DNA from: a virus
Taxonomy: Duplodnaviria > Caudoviricetes
IMG/VR virus record: IMGVR_UViG_3300032327_000339
Coordinates: 1 to 54,407 of that record
Length of the DNA: 54,407 nt
Direction: 5' to 3' (one strand)
Under the pieces are notes generated by a model. That model was given only the letters and a program-made list of their open reading frames with translations. It did not search any database and was not told where the DNA came from. Shown in pieces: positions 10,165 to 18,415 of the stretch. Position 1 is the first letter of the stretch; the number at the start of each line of letters is the position of its first letter. A program made the position numbers and the translations under genes.

Positions 10165-10506
10165 ATGACAAACGATACAACATTCGATAATAAGGTTGCT
10201 TATGTGGCAACATCGTACTTCCGCCGTTATGATGATATAGAAGAAGGCTTTGATACCACCAATGAGTATCCAGCAGTTCTCCGTACCATCTTCCAACGGC
10301 ACGATATGGCTGGTGCAGTCGCACTAGCACTCTTTAATGGTGACATTGAAGCAAAGTCAGACAACGCTCGTAACTGGATTAATGAATCCTACGATGTTCT
10401 AGTTGCTGTATTTGGTGATCCACAGATTGGAACAGAGATTCCTGAGACACCAGCAGAAGATGTAAAGCCAGTCAAAAAGACTGCTGCAAAGAAAACTGCA
10501 AACTAA
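10165..10506 (+). CDS. hypothetical protein with Lys/Ala-rich tail
   Basis: ORF with its own promoter and terminator. Confidence 0.8.
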   Translation: MTNDTTFDNKVAYVATSYFRRYDDIEEGFDTTNEYPAVLRTIFQRHDMAGAVALALFNGDIEAKSDNARNWINESYDVLVAVFGDPQIGTEIPETPAEDVKPVKKTAAKKTAN

Positions 10507-10514
10507 ATGACTGT

Positions 10515-10543
10515 CCCCCACAGCGATCCTGTGGGGGCTTTTT
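10515..10543 (+). terminator. intrinsic terminator
   Basis: CCCCCACAG-cgatc-CTGTGGGGG followed by cTTTTT. Confidence 0.85.
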
Positions 10544-10558
10544 AGATAAAGGATTTAA

Positions 10559-11569
10559 ATGAAAAAAGCATTAATTACTGGAGTTACTGGACAAGATGGT
10601 TCCTATCTTGTAGAGTTTCTTCTAGAGAAAGGCTACGAAGTTCACGGACTTAATCGTAGAACATCTACTCCAAATGGCGGTAGAATTAATCATCTTATAG
10701 GTCAGCCAAATTTCTTTATGCATGACGGAGACTTGACGGACTCTGGATCTCTTACAAGAATTATTGATTCAATTAAACCAGATGAAATTTATAATCTAGG
10801 TGCACAATCACACGTTGGTCTATCGTTTGACTATGCAGAAGCAACAGCAGATATCAATGCTCTTGGACCACTTCGTATTCTTGAGGCTATTAGATTACTT
10901 GGTCTTAATACAAAGTTCTATCAAGCATCTACATCTGAAATGTTTGGTAAAGTACAAGAGATTCCACAATCAGAAACAACAGCATTTTATCCACGTTCAC
11001 CATATGGTGTAGCAAAGCTTTATGCTTATTGGATTACAAAGAACTATCGTGAATCATACGGAATGTTTGCTTGTTCTGGCATTCTTTTTAATCACGAATC
11101 TCCAAGACGTGGCGACAACTTTGTTACACAAAAGATTGTAAAGGGTTTACACGCTATTTCAAGCAAGGAACAGGATTGTTTATATCTTGGGAACATTGAT
11201 GCTATGCGTGATTGGGGTCACGCTAAGGACTTTGTTGAGGCTATGTGGATGATTCTACAGCAAGATAATCCAGATGATTTTGTTATTGCAACAGGTCAAA
11301 CCAATTCAGTCCGACACTTTATTAATATTGCATCAAACTATTTTGGTATGACTATTGAGTGGCAAGGCGAGGGTTTGGATGAAGTAGGTATTGATACTAA
11401 TACAGGTGATACGGTAATTCGTATCAGTCCAGAATTCTTTAGACCAGCAGAAGTAGATCTTCTAGTTGGTAATATCTCAAAGGCAATCACAAAGCTTGGA
11501 TGGGAACCTAAACTATCCTTTGAACAACTTGTGGAAGATATGTGTAAAAGTATTACAAATCCCTTGTAA
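10559..11569 (+). CDS. gmd: GDP-mannose 4,6-dehydratase
   Basis: [48 protein letters not shown]. Confidence 0.97.
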   Translation: MKKALITGVTGQDGSYLVEFLLEKGYEVHGLNRRTSTPNGGRINHLIGQPNFFMHDGDLTDSGSLTRIIDSIKPDEIYNLGAQSHVGLSFDYAEATADINALGPLRILEAIRLLGLNTKFYQASTSEMFGKVQEIPQSETTAFYPRSPYGVAKLYAYWITKNYRESYGMFACSGILFNHESPRRGDNFVTQKIVKGLHAISSKEQDCLYLGNIDAMRDWGHAKDFVEAMWMILQQDNPDDFVIATGQTNSVRHFINIASNYFGMTIEWQGEGLDEVGIDTNTGDTVIRISPEFFRPAEVDLLVGNISKAITKLGWEPKLSFEQLVEDMCKSITNPL

Positions 11570-11666
11570 TTCTTTAGCAAAAGTGCTATAATATATTTAT
11601 GGAGGAAATGGATTTCTCTCACGACAGTCCATTTCCTCCTTTATCCGCTACTACCATAGGAGTATA

Positions 11667-11891
11667 ATGAATACTATAATGGAAAATGAAACTGAAGAAC
11701 GACAGTTAAATCTAGCAGATCGCTGTGATCGTTGCGGTGCTCAAGCATTTGTAATCGTAAAAGGTGTTTCTGGAGAACTATATTTCTGTGGACACCACTA
11801 TAATCAAAATGAAAAAGCTTTGGTCAAGTTTGCCTATGAAATCGTTGATGAAAGAAAATACATCAATGAAAGATCCGCTTCAAGCAATTAA
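11667..11891 (+). CDS. actinobacterial-type small Zn-binding protein
   Basis: DRCDRCGAQA...LYFCGHH, with RBS AGGAG. Confidence 0.8.
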   Translation: MNTIMENETEERQLNLADRCDRCGAQAFVIVKGVSGELYFCGHHYNQNEKALVKFAYEIVDERKYINERSASSN

Positions 11892-11897
11892 TTGCTT

Positions 11898-11971
11898 GGG
11901 GTGTTAGCTCAGTAGGTCAGAGCAGCAGACTCATAATCTGCCAGTCGTGGGTTCAAGTCCCACACACCCCA
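11898..11971 (+). tRNA. tRNA-Met/Ile2 (CAT)
   Basis: Acceptor GGGGTGT/ACACCCC-A, anticodon loop CTCATAA, T-loop TTCAAGT. CCA not encoded. Confidence 0.9.
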
Positions 11972-11975
11972 CTAA

Positions 11976-12048
11976 GCCCCCATAGCTCAGAGGATAGAGC
12001 GATAGGTTTCTACCCTACAGGTCGGGAGTTCGAATCTCTCTGGGGGTG
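11976..12048 (+). tRNA. tRNA-Arg (TCT)
   Basis: Acceptor GCCCCCA/TGGGGGT-G, loop TTTCTAC, GTTCGAATC. Confidence 0.88.
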
Positions 12049-12064
12049 CTATAATAGAATACAA

Positions 12065-12311
12065 GGGGATGCATAGTTTCGACTTTGTATGGAAACTTGT
12101 ACAGCAGCACAAGACAGTACTTGTAAAACTAAATAAAAATAAATGGCGCAACACAAAACGCTCTCGCTTTAGCTGCATAAACTAAAGCCGTCTGACGACT
12201 AGATAGGAACAGAAAGTCGTATAAATAGTAAGAAAAAAAGCTAGACAAATCTGCTGACATACTGTATAATTGAAAATACAAAGGACGGCGGTGCAATTCC
12301 GCCCATCTCCA
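12065..12311 (+). ncRNA. ssrA: tmRNA, compact (~247 nt), predicted tag (A)GATQNALALAA*
   Basis: Acceptor GGGGATG/CATCTCC-A with a G3.U pair. TTCGAC near the 5' end. Helix 2 pairs CTTTGTAT/ATACAAAG, TTGTACAG/CTGTATAA and CAGCA/TGCTG. Tag ORF 12145-12180 ends ALAA-TAA. Confidence 0.92.
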
Positions 12312-12323
12312 CAAAGGATAATA

Positions 12324-12545
12324 ATGAGTTACAACGAATATAAATATGAAAAAACTAAAACAGAATACCAAAAGATTGCTAGTAAGTTTATATCAGTAGA
12401 AGATTTTATTATTGCGTATACTCTTGGTCTACAAGAGTATCTTGTTCGCAGGACACTGCACGAAGGTCATATTGAAGATCTTGCAACAGAAAATGCGGCA
12501 TTTGCAGAAGCTTTTCTAATTACAGTGAGTGTTCTTAATGACTAA
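12324..12545 (+). CDS. hypothetical protein
   Basis: ATG after AAGGA RBS downstream of the tmRNA. Confidence 0.7.
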   Translation: MSYNEYKYEKTKTEYQKIASKFISVEDFIIAYTLGLQEYLVRRTLHEGHIEDLATENAAFAEAFLITVSVLND

Positions 12546-12628
12546 TTTTATTTTAGGTTTTGCTTTTGGTCAAGCTATTGGGCTTTTAGTTGCTATTTTT
12601 GGATATAGATATACTGAATGGAAACATA

Positions 12629-12823
12629 GTGAAAAACAATAACTATCTTATTCCAGCATTAATTGCTACAGCATTTTTGTTTTGGGTGTTTATGATTACA
12701 GCAGGTATGGTACATTCATTTATACCAGTAGTTCCTGCCATTGGATATATTCAAGTTATTGTTCTTAATTTCTTTATTGGTCTAGGTAAGTTTTTCTTAT
12801 TTGGATCTAATAAAAAAAAGTAA
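12629..12823 (+). CDS. small membrane protein
   Basis: Two hydrophobic segments. GTG start uncertain. Confidence 0.55.
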   Translation: MKNNNYLIPALIATAFLFWVFMITAGMVHSFIPVVPAIGYIQVIVLNFFIGLGKFFLFGSNKKK

Positions 12824-13071
12824 GATAAAATAGATAAATGGTTTCTCTTACTTGTATATGTGGTCACTCTGACTTCACCCATTTATTAGGGAGATCCTCC
12901 TGCTTATCCTGTGATTGCACAGAAATGAAAGAAAAAAAATGATGTTAAATAAATTTATGGGCTATGCTAAAAAGCTCGGATTAGATGAAGAAGAACTATT
13001 AGATATGACAGTCTTAGATGCAATGTTAAAGATTGAAGATGCTAGAGCATTATGGAAGGAGTTGATGGAAA

Positions 13072-13209
13072 ATGGGGAAACATCACGATAAAGTCAAGGA
13101 AGCACTTGATATTAGAATTAAAAATACACCCAATAGAACTGGGTATAATACTCCAGGAAGTATGAATAAGAAGAAAACTGGATATGTAAAGCGTGGATCA
13201 GGTAGATAA
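13072..13209 (+). CDS. small basic hypothetical protein (not in ORF track)
   Basis: MGKHHDKVKEALDIRIKNTPNRTGYNTPGSMNKKKTGYVKRGSGR. Confidence 0.6.
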   Translation: MGKHHDKVKEALDIRIKNTPNRTGYNTPGSMNKKKTGYVKRGSGR

Positions 13210-13249
13210 ATACCTTGATTTTTTTGTCTATCCGTGATAGACTAGAAGA

Positions 13250-13717
13250 ATGCGATTCAAAACCAAGGTTATGATTCCCGCCGTTGCGCTTCTTGCTAGT
13301 TTACTAGTATCGCTACCAACAGCCCAGAATCAAGCCAACGCTAATGAAAGACATAGCAGGTGTGTTGCTACAACAGCATCACGCAGTTATACAAGATTAC
13401 CATTTGCAAAGCCAGCCTATAACAAGGCTTTTGCAAGATCATATATGTCCAACAAATATGGTTGGTGTGGTAATCAGTTCGTTTGTTTAGTAACATTGTG
13501 GAACCACGAAAGTGGCTGGAGAGTAGATGCTCATAACAGATCATCTGGTGCTCACGGAATTCCACAATCACTTCCAGGAAATAAAATGGCAAGTGCAGGT
13601 CCTAACTGGTACTCCAATCCTCATACACAAATCAAATGGGGATTGAAATACATTAAGGCTCGATATGGAACTCCTTGTTCCGCACTGTCAGCTTGGAACC
13701 ATAAAGGTTGGTACTAA
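13250..13717 (+). CDS. secreted lytic transglycosylase (SLT-like, actinobacterial type)
   Basis: Signal peptide, then LWNHESGW...NRSSGAHGIPQSLPG.KM...QIKWGLKYIKARYGTPC...GWY. Confidence 0.88.
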   Translation: MRFKTKVMIPAVALLASLLVSLPTAQNQANANERHSRCVATTASRSYTRLPFAKPAYNKAFARSYMSNKYGWCGNQFVCLVTLWNHESGWRVDAHNRSSGAHGIPQSLPGNKMASAGPNWYSNPHTQIKWGLKYIKARYGTPCSALSAWNHKGWY

Positions 13718-13799
13718 ATAAATAAAAATCTTCACCGTACCGCCTATGTGAAGTAGGGTGGTAGCCACACCTGAACAAGTGTCTTAAACTGTTCACTTT

Positions 13800-13871
13800 T
13801 CTTCCTTAGCTCAAAGGCAGAGCATTCGACTGTTAATCGAACGGTTCTTGGTTCGAATCCAAGAGGAAGAG
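13800..13871 (+). tRNA. tRNA-Asn (GTT)
   Basis: Acceptor TCTTCCT/AGGAAGA-G, loop CTGTTAA, GGTTCGAATCC. Confidence 0.92.
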
Positions 13872-13892
13872 CACAAATAACAAAGGAGAAAA

Positions 13893-14045
13893 ATGAAAGA
13901 AATTATCTTATCAACTTTAACTGGATCGGCTTGTGGTATTGTATTTGCATTACTAAAACTTCCAGTTCCTGCACCACCAGTAATGTCTGGAGTTATGGGA
14001 ATTGTTGGATTATGGATTGGATATACATTTATAACTAATCTATAA
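13893..14045 (+). CDS. XapX-domain (DUF1427) small membrane protein (not in ORF track)
   Basis: MKEIILSTLTGSACGIVFALLKLPVPAPPVMSGVMGIVGLWIGY..., with RBS AAAGGAG. Confidence 0.8.
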   Translation: MKEIILSTLTGSACGIVFALLKLPVPAPPVMSGVMGIVGLWIGYTFITNL

Positions 14046-14052
14046 TTGACTT

Positions 14053-14125
14053 GCCTATATAATCCAACGGCAGAGATAAACGACTTAAACTCGTTACAGT
14101 GTCGGTTCGAATCCGACTATAGGTA
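14053..14125 (+). tRNA. tRNA-Leu (TAA), short variable loop
   Basis: Acceptor GCCTATA/TATAGGT-A, anticodon arm AACGA-CTTAAAC-TCGTT, GGTTCGAATCC. Confidence 0.82.
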
Positions 14126-14129
14126 CTAA

Positions 14130-14211
14130 GCCAGATATTCTCCAAGGTGGGGAAGGTGACTGTAAATCACTGGCTATTGCGTGGTAGGTTCGATTCCTAC
14201 ATCTGGCACCA
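14130..14211 (+). tRNA. tRNA-Tyr (GTA)
   Basis: Acceptor GCCAGAT/ATCTGGC-ACCA, loop CTGTAAA, extended variable region. Confidence 0.88.
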
Positions 14212-14212
14212 A

Positions 14213-14283
14213 TCCTCGTTCGTCTAATGGCAGGACCGCAGTTTTTGGAGCTGCTTATCATAGTTCGAATCTATGGCGAGGAG
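14213..14283 (+). tRNA. tRNA-Gln (TTG)
   Basis: Acceptor TCCTCGT/GCGAGGA-G, anticodon arm GCAGT-TTTTGGA-GCTGC, GTTCGAATC. Confidence 0.85.
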
Positions 14284-14344
14284 CAAAATAATGTATAATT
14301 AAATTGGGTTTAACCCAAATAAATTATAAAAGGAATGATGTTAA

Positions 14345-14770
14345 ATGGCATTACCAATTAAGGGTGGCAAAATCGGTACACCTTATGGTAAGAAAGGTGA
14401 CGTTTGGTCACACGGTATCCACAAAGGAGTTGACTTTCCTTGCAAGGCAGGTACAGATGTACTTGCAGCAGTAGGTGGAAAAGTTGTAGGAATCGGCACT
14501 TGGGGTGCAGCATTTGGTGCACACTCACTAATTGTTGAGTCTTCAATTAATGGTAAAAAGTATTGGTCTATCTATGCTCACTTGATGAAAGCACTTGTTA
14601 AGGTTGGAGATAAAGTTGAAAAAGGTCAGCACATTGGTGAATCAGGTGGTCGTGCAGGACACCCAGAAGATGGAAACGTCTTTGGTGAGCACCTACACTT
14701 TGAAGTGCAGAAAACTGCAAGCTGGGCTTGGGATGGTCACGTTGATCCCAAAGTACTTTTTGATCTTTAG
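14345..14770 (+). CDS. M23-family peptidase (endolysin-like)
   Basis: HKGVD...YAHL...HLHFEV. Confidence 0.92.
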   Translation: MALPIKGGKIGTPYGKKGDVWSHGIHKGVDFPCKAGTDVLAAVGGKVVGIGTWGAAFGAHSLIVESSINGKKYWSIYAHLMKALVKVGDKVEKGQHIGESGGRAGHPEDGNVFGEHLHFEVQKTASWAWDGHVDPKVLFDL

Positions 14771-14778
14771 GAATTAAT

Positions 14779-15189
14779 ATGAGTACAAGTAAATTAAATG
14801 GCATACAGGCTGTTAAAAATATGAGAAAGCACGAAGGTGTTTCTGGTTTTCAAGGTTGGTGTCACAGAACGTGTCAGAATGCTTGGGGACTTCCAGTAAA
14901 GTATGCATCGGCTATTGACTCTTGGAATCATATTCCAAAAGAGCATCGTCATACAGACTTTGAAAATGCACCTATTGGTGCTCCAATCTTTTTCAACATT
15001 GGAAAGTTTGGACACGTTGTAATTCAATCTGATAAAAAAGGATTTGTAATTGGCACAGATTCTCCAAAGAAAGATTTTGTTGGAGAAGTTCCATTAACTT
15101 GGTTTAAGAAAAACTGGGGAGTAGAGCCATTAGGATGGGCTTCTATGTACAATGATACAATTCTTACAATGAAAAAATTACCTAGCTAA
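14779..15189 (+). CDS. CHAP/NlpC-like cysteine peptidoglycan hydrolase
   Basis: GWCHRT...SAIDSW...APIGAPIFF...FGHVVI, a Cys-His dyad. Confidence 0.7.
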   Translation: MSTSKLNGIQAVKNMRKHEGVSGFQGWCHRTCQNAWGLPVKYASAIDSWNHIPKEHRHTDFENAPIGAPIFFNIGKFGHVVIQSDKKGFVIGTDSPKKDFVGEVPLTWFKKNWGVEPLGWASMYNDTILTMKKLPS

Positions 15190-15206
15190 TAAAAAAACTA
15201 TAAAAC

Positions 15207-15233
15207 AGACGGATCTTCGGGTCCGTCTTTTTT
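15207..15233 (+). terminator. intrinsic terminator
   Basis: AGACGGATC-TTCG-GGTCCGTCT followed by a T run. Confidence 0.9.
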
Positions 15234-15294
15234 ATTTAACTAATTAATGATATAATAATAATGTCGGTAAATATCGACTCGGAGTAAAGGAAAA

Positions 15295-16632
15295 TTGAAT
15301 AGAAAGAAATTATTAAACATTATAGGCATAGTACCTTTTGTGATAACAACTTTCCTTTTTATAGTAACTCCAGCTTTTGCAGATAGTTCGCAAATGATTT
15401 TTGCAAGTGCTCCAGAAAATGGAACAATAATTTTACAAGCACCAGATAATGCATACTTTGATTATGTAGAATTTGCTAGTTACGGCACACCAGATCAATT
15501 AAAAGAAAGTTGGTGTCACTCAAAACAATCATTATCTATAGTTGAAGAATATATTTTAGGTAATAATTATGCTGAGATACCTGCCTCAAATGGCATATTT
15601 GGAGACCCTTGTGGTGGTACATACAAGAGATTAAATGTTTATGCTCATTATTCATACATAGAAGTCGAACCCTATTTAAATGAACCAACTAATTTATCTT
15701 ATGTTATTCAGAATGATAATTTAATTTTATCTTGGGATATCCCAGAAGATAGTGGGGTAGAGATTGAAAGATATGCTGTGTCTTGGTCTACAGGATCAAA
15801 TAACGGTTGGGGTATTGCTTCAATAACTAATTCAATATCCATTCCATTAAGTGTGATTAGATCTACAGATGGATCAAATAAAAATTATTTGTTTGTTGTA
15901 AGATCAGATAATGATACTAAAAGTATTTATTCTATAGGATCAGAACCTGCTGAAATATTTGTTGCAGATTTTATAGAACCTACTCCCAGCCCGACACAAA
16001 CGCATTCGCCAGAACCCACAACAAGCCCAGAGCCAACATTTGAACCATCACCATCAATGACACCACCAATAACGCCGTCCCCATCGCCTTCAGAACCTTC
16101 TTTAACACCTTTGCCTACTCCAATCTTTTCAAAGACTCCAGAACCGACTGCAATTCCAACCGTAGTTCCTGAGCCAATAGCTTCGTCTCCAGAAGCAACT
16201 CCAGTTCCATCGGAAGATCCGATTGTAGTTGAAACTCCTGTTCCTGAAAATATTCCATCTATAAATGATACCACAGATGTAAAAGTTCAATCAATACTAG
16301 ATAGCCTAGTTCCAGGAGAAGCGGTAACAACAGAAAGCCTAACAGAACTAGGATTAACATATGCAGATCTTCCACCAGAAACACCAGTCAGTTTGCCTAA
16401 TGGTGTTGTATTGACTGCCAGGGTTGCTGATGCTATACAAATCTTTAATAGTCCGTCTGCAGTAGTATCTGCAATATTTACAGATCCAGGAAAAGCCTTG
16501 ACTGCTATTGCAAATATTGGTGCAGATATGACACCAAAGGTTAGAAAACAATCTCAAAAAGTTGTTGTTGCGTCAGTTATTGCTGCACAAATTTTATCAA
16601 CAACTAGCGTGGTAGGGAGGGTGATTAAATAA
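15295..16632 (+). CDS. secreted/membrane protein: SUEL-type lectin + FN3 + Pro/Thr linker + C-terminal hydrophobic region
   Basis: Signal peptide, FASYGTP..C..FGDPCGGTYKRL (SUEL/Gal-lectin motif), PTNLS..LSWD.P (FN3), and PTPSP repeats. Confidence 0.75.
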   Translation: MNRKKLLNIIGIVPFVITTFLFIVTPAFADSSQMIFASAPENGTIILQAPDNAYFDYVEFASYGTPDQLKESWCHSKQSLSIVEEYILGNNYAEIPASNGIFGDPCGGTYKRLNVYAHYSYIEVEPYLNEPTNLSYVIQNDNLILSWDIPEDSGVEIERYAVSWSTGSNNGWGIASITNSISIPLSVIRSTDGSNKNYLFVVRSDNDTKSIYSIGSEPAEIFVADFIEPTPSPTQTHSPEPTTSPEPTFEPSPSMTPPITPSPSPSEPSLTPLPTPIFSKTPEPTAIPTVVPEPIASSPEATPVPSEDPIVVETPVPENIPSINDTTDVKVQSILDSLVPGEAVTTESLTELGLTYADLPPETPVSLPNGVVLTARVADAIQIFNSPSAVVSAIFTDPGKALTAIANIGADMTPKVRKQSQKVVVASVIAAQILSTTSVVGRVIK

Positions 16633-16820
16633 TGAAGTGGTTAGTAGATAAATTTCGTGAATTATTAAACCAAACATTTACTCTTTTGGGTATGTTTATT
16701 GCTTGGGTAGTTCTTGAAGGAAGTGCTAAAACTGTTGTTGGCTATGCAATCGTATGGTCATTAGTGATTTGGCTTCTTTCGATGGGGCTAAGAGAAAATA
16801 ATAAGGAGGAAGAAGAATGA
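16632..16820 (+). CDS. small 2-TM membrane protein
   Basis: Hydrophobic, adjacent to the lectin gene. Confidence 0.75.
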   Translation: MKWLVDKFRELLNQTFTLLGMFIAWVVLEGSAKTVVGYAIVWSLVIWLLSMGLRENNKEEEE

Positions 16821-17074
16821 TTGATGTAGTTAAAAGAATTTTTGCTGTGTTTATTGCTACCGCATTGTCTGTTATTGGTGCTGGTGCAATCGTTGGTGTT
16901 AATTTTTGGCTATCTGCTGCTATGGCTGGAATCGGTGGTGTAGCCACAGTTCTAGAAAGATTAGCAAGAGCATATGTAGAAGATGGAAAGCTTACCAAGA
17001 ATGAGATTAATGCTGCCTTTAATAATGTAGATACAGAAGCTATTGTTCCAGATGCCCCAAAAGCAAAAAAGTAG
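16817..17074 (+). CDS. holin-like membrane protein
   Basis: 2 TM segments followed by DGKLTxxEINAAF. Confidence 0.6.
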   Translation: MIDVVKRIFAVFIATALSVIGAGAIVGVNFWLSAAMAGIGGVATVLERLARAYVEDGKLTKNEINAAFNNVDTEAIVPDAPKAKK

Positions 17075-17100
17075 ACAAGTAGACTATTTTAAGGTATAAT
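17072..17100 (+). promoter_or_regulatory. SigA-type promoter
   Basis: TAGACA-17-TATAAT. Confidence 0.75.
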
Positions 17101-17122
17101 ATTAATACAACATCTAAAGGAG

Positions 17123-17575
17123 ATGAGTATGGAAGAGTTATTACAGTTACTTAAAGTAACTTTGTCAGATATGGTTGCCCTTAAGTTTAAGGCACACGGT
17201 TATCACTGGAATGTTGAAGGTGACGACTTCCCACAATATCACGAATTCTTCCAAGAAATCTATGAAGATTATGATGGTTCTATCGACACCTTTGCTGAGT
17301 GGTTAAGAAAACTTGGTGACTATGCTCCATATAAACTATCTCGGTTTATGGCATACACAGATCTTCCAGAAACAGATGTAACATCGGATCCAGTATCTAT
17401 GGCTACAGATCTTCTTGTTGCAAATGATTCAGTTACAACTAAACTATTAGTTGGCTATGATATTGCCACAGCATTAAAGCAAAATGCTTTAGCTAATTTC
17501 TTTGCAGAGCGTCAGGATCAGCACCAAAGATGGCATTGGATGCTATCAGCAGTAGTAAAACAAACTGCAGAATAA
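17123..17575 (+). CDS. dps: Dps (ferritin-like DNA protection protein)
   Basis: HGYHWNVEG..F...HEFFQEIYE....DTFAE ferroxidase motif, WML C-terminus. Confidence 0.93.
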   Translation: MSMEELLQLLKVTLSDMVALKFKAHGYHWNVEGDDFPQYHEFFQEIYEDYDGSIDTFAEWLRKLGDYAPYKLSRFMAYTDLPETDVTSDPVSMATDLLVANDSVTTKLLVGYDIATALKQNALANFFAERQDQHQRWHWMLSAVVKQTAE

Positions 17576-17577
17576 CC

Positions 17578-17606
17578 TTGACAGTATCAATAATATTTGA
17601 TACTAT
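17578..17606 (+). promoter_or_regulatory. SigA-type promoter
   Basis: TTGACA-17-TACTAT. Confidence 0.75.
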
Positions 17607-17630
17607 ATATATAACAAACAAAGGATAAAA

Positions 17631-17930
17631 ATGATTAAACCTATTGAAGATAAAGTTATTGTACGCCCTAAAAAAGATTCAGAAAAGACTACATCATCTG
17701 GTCTTGTTATTGCTGGCAATAACGATAGTGCTATTGAAAGAGCAGAAGTTCTTGCTGTTGGTACTGGTATTGTTTTAAATAATGGAACACACGTTCCACT
17801 AAATATTAGTGTTGGTGACATTGTAATGTATTCCGCATTTGCAGGTCAGGAAGTAGAAGACGGTGGAGAAAAAGTATTGCTTCTTTCTTACCGAGATATC
17901 TTTGCTATTGTAGAGGACGAAGATGAATAA
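17631..17930 (+). CDS. groES: co-chaperonin GroES
   Basis: IKPIEDKVIV...TTSSGLVI...VLAVGTG...VGDIV. Confidence 0.93.
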   Translation: MIKPIEDKVIVRPKKDSEKTTSSGLVIAGNNDSAIERAEVLAVGTGIVLNNGTHVPLNISVGDIVMYSAFAGQEVEDGGEKVLLLSYRDIFAIVEDEDE

Positions 17931-18153
17931 GATTAATTTAACAGATGAGCAAGCGGTTGCACTACAAAATGCAGTAGACTATCATATGGATCGCTGTGCT
18001 AGTGTATTAGATTTTGAAGGTGAGAATCTTCCAACCTATCTTGAAGATGTATCAATGTATTGTGGCTGTCACGTTTGTCATACTCGTGAATACCTGCTTG
18101 CCACATTCAATTATTTGCGTGATGCAAGTATAGTAGATATTACTGTAGAATAG
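17923..18153 (+). CDS. hypothetical protein
   Basis: YCGCHVC motif, overlaps the groES stop. Confidence 0.7.
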   Translation: MNKINLTDEQAVALQNAVDYHMDRCASVLDFEGENLPTYLEDVSMYCGCHVCHTREYLLATFNYLRDASIVDITVE

Positions 18154-18219
18154 TATAAGCGATATATGTTTGATCGGTTGCATATGTCCCCACACGTTAT
18201 GGCGTGACAAACCGATTAC

Positions 18220-18291
18220 GCCTTGTTAGCTCAGTGGCAGAGCATCGCTCTTGTAAAGCGAGGGTCATCCGTTCAAATCGGATACGAGGCT
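18220..18291 (+). tRNA. tRNA-Thr (TGT)
   Basis: Acceptor GCCTTGT/ACGAGGC-T, loop CTTGTAA, GTTCAAATC. Confidence 0.9.
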
Positions 18292-18294
18292 CTA

Positions 18295-18391
18295 GGTGGC
18301 AGGAAGTCGTCCTTAGTGATGGTTGATAGTTACAGTTACGAGTCCAGAGAGACACGTTTGCCAGTGCAGGTAAATAGGTCTTCCTGTCACC
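18295..18391 (+). ncRNA. candidate structured ncRNA of unknown class
   Basis: 12-bp closing stem GGTGGCAGGAAG/CTTCCTGTCACC starting 3 nt after tRNA-Thr. Confidence 0.45.
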
Positions 18392-18415
18392 GATATATTA
18401 AAAAGGAGAGTAAGA

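Noticed and set aside
11987-12371. ORF-track ORFs 11987..12178 and 12129..12371, and the 12270 start
   Set aside because: They overlap tRNA-Arg and the tmRNA, which explain the sequence better.
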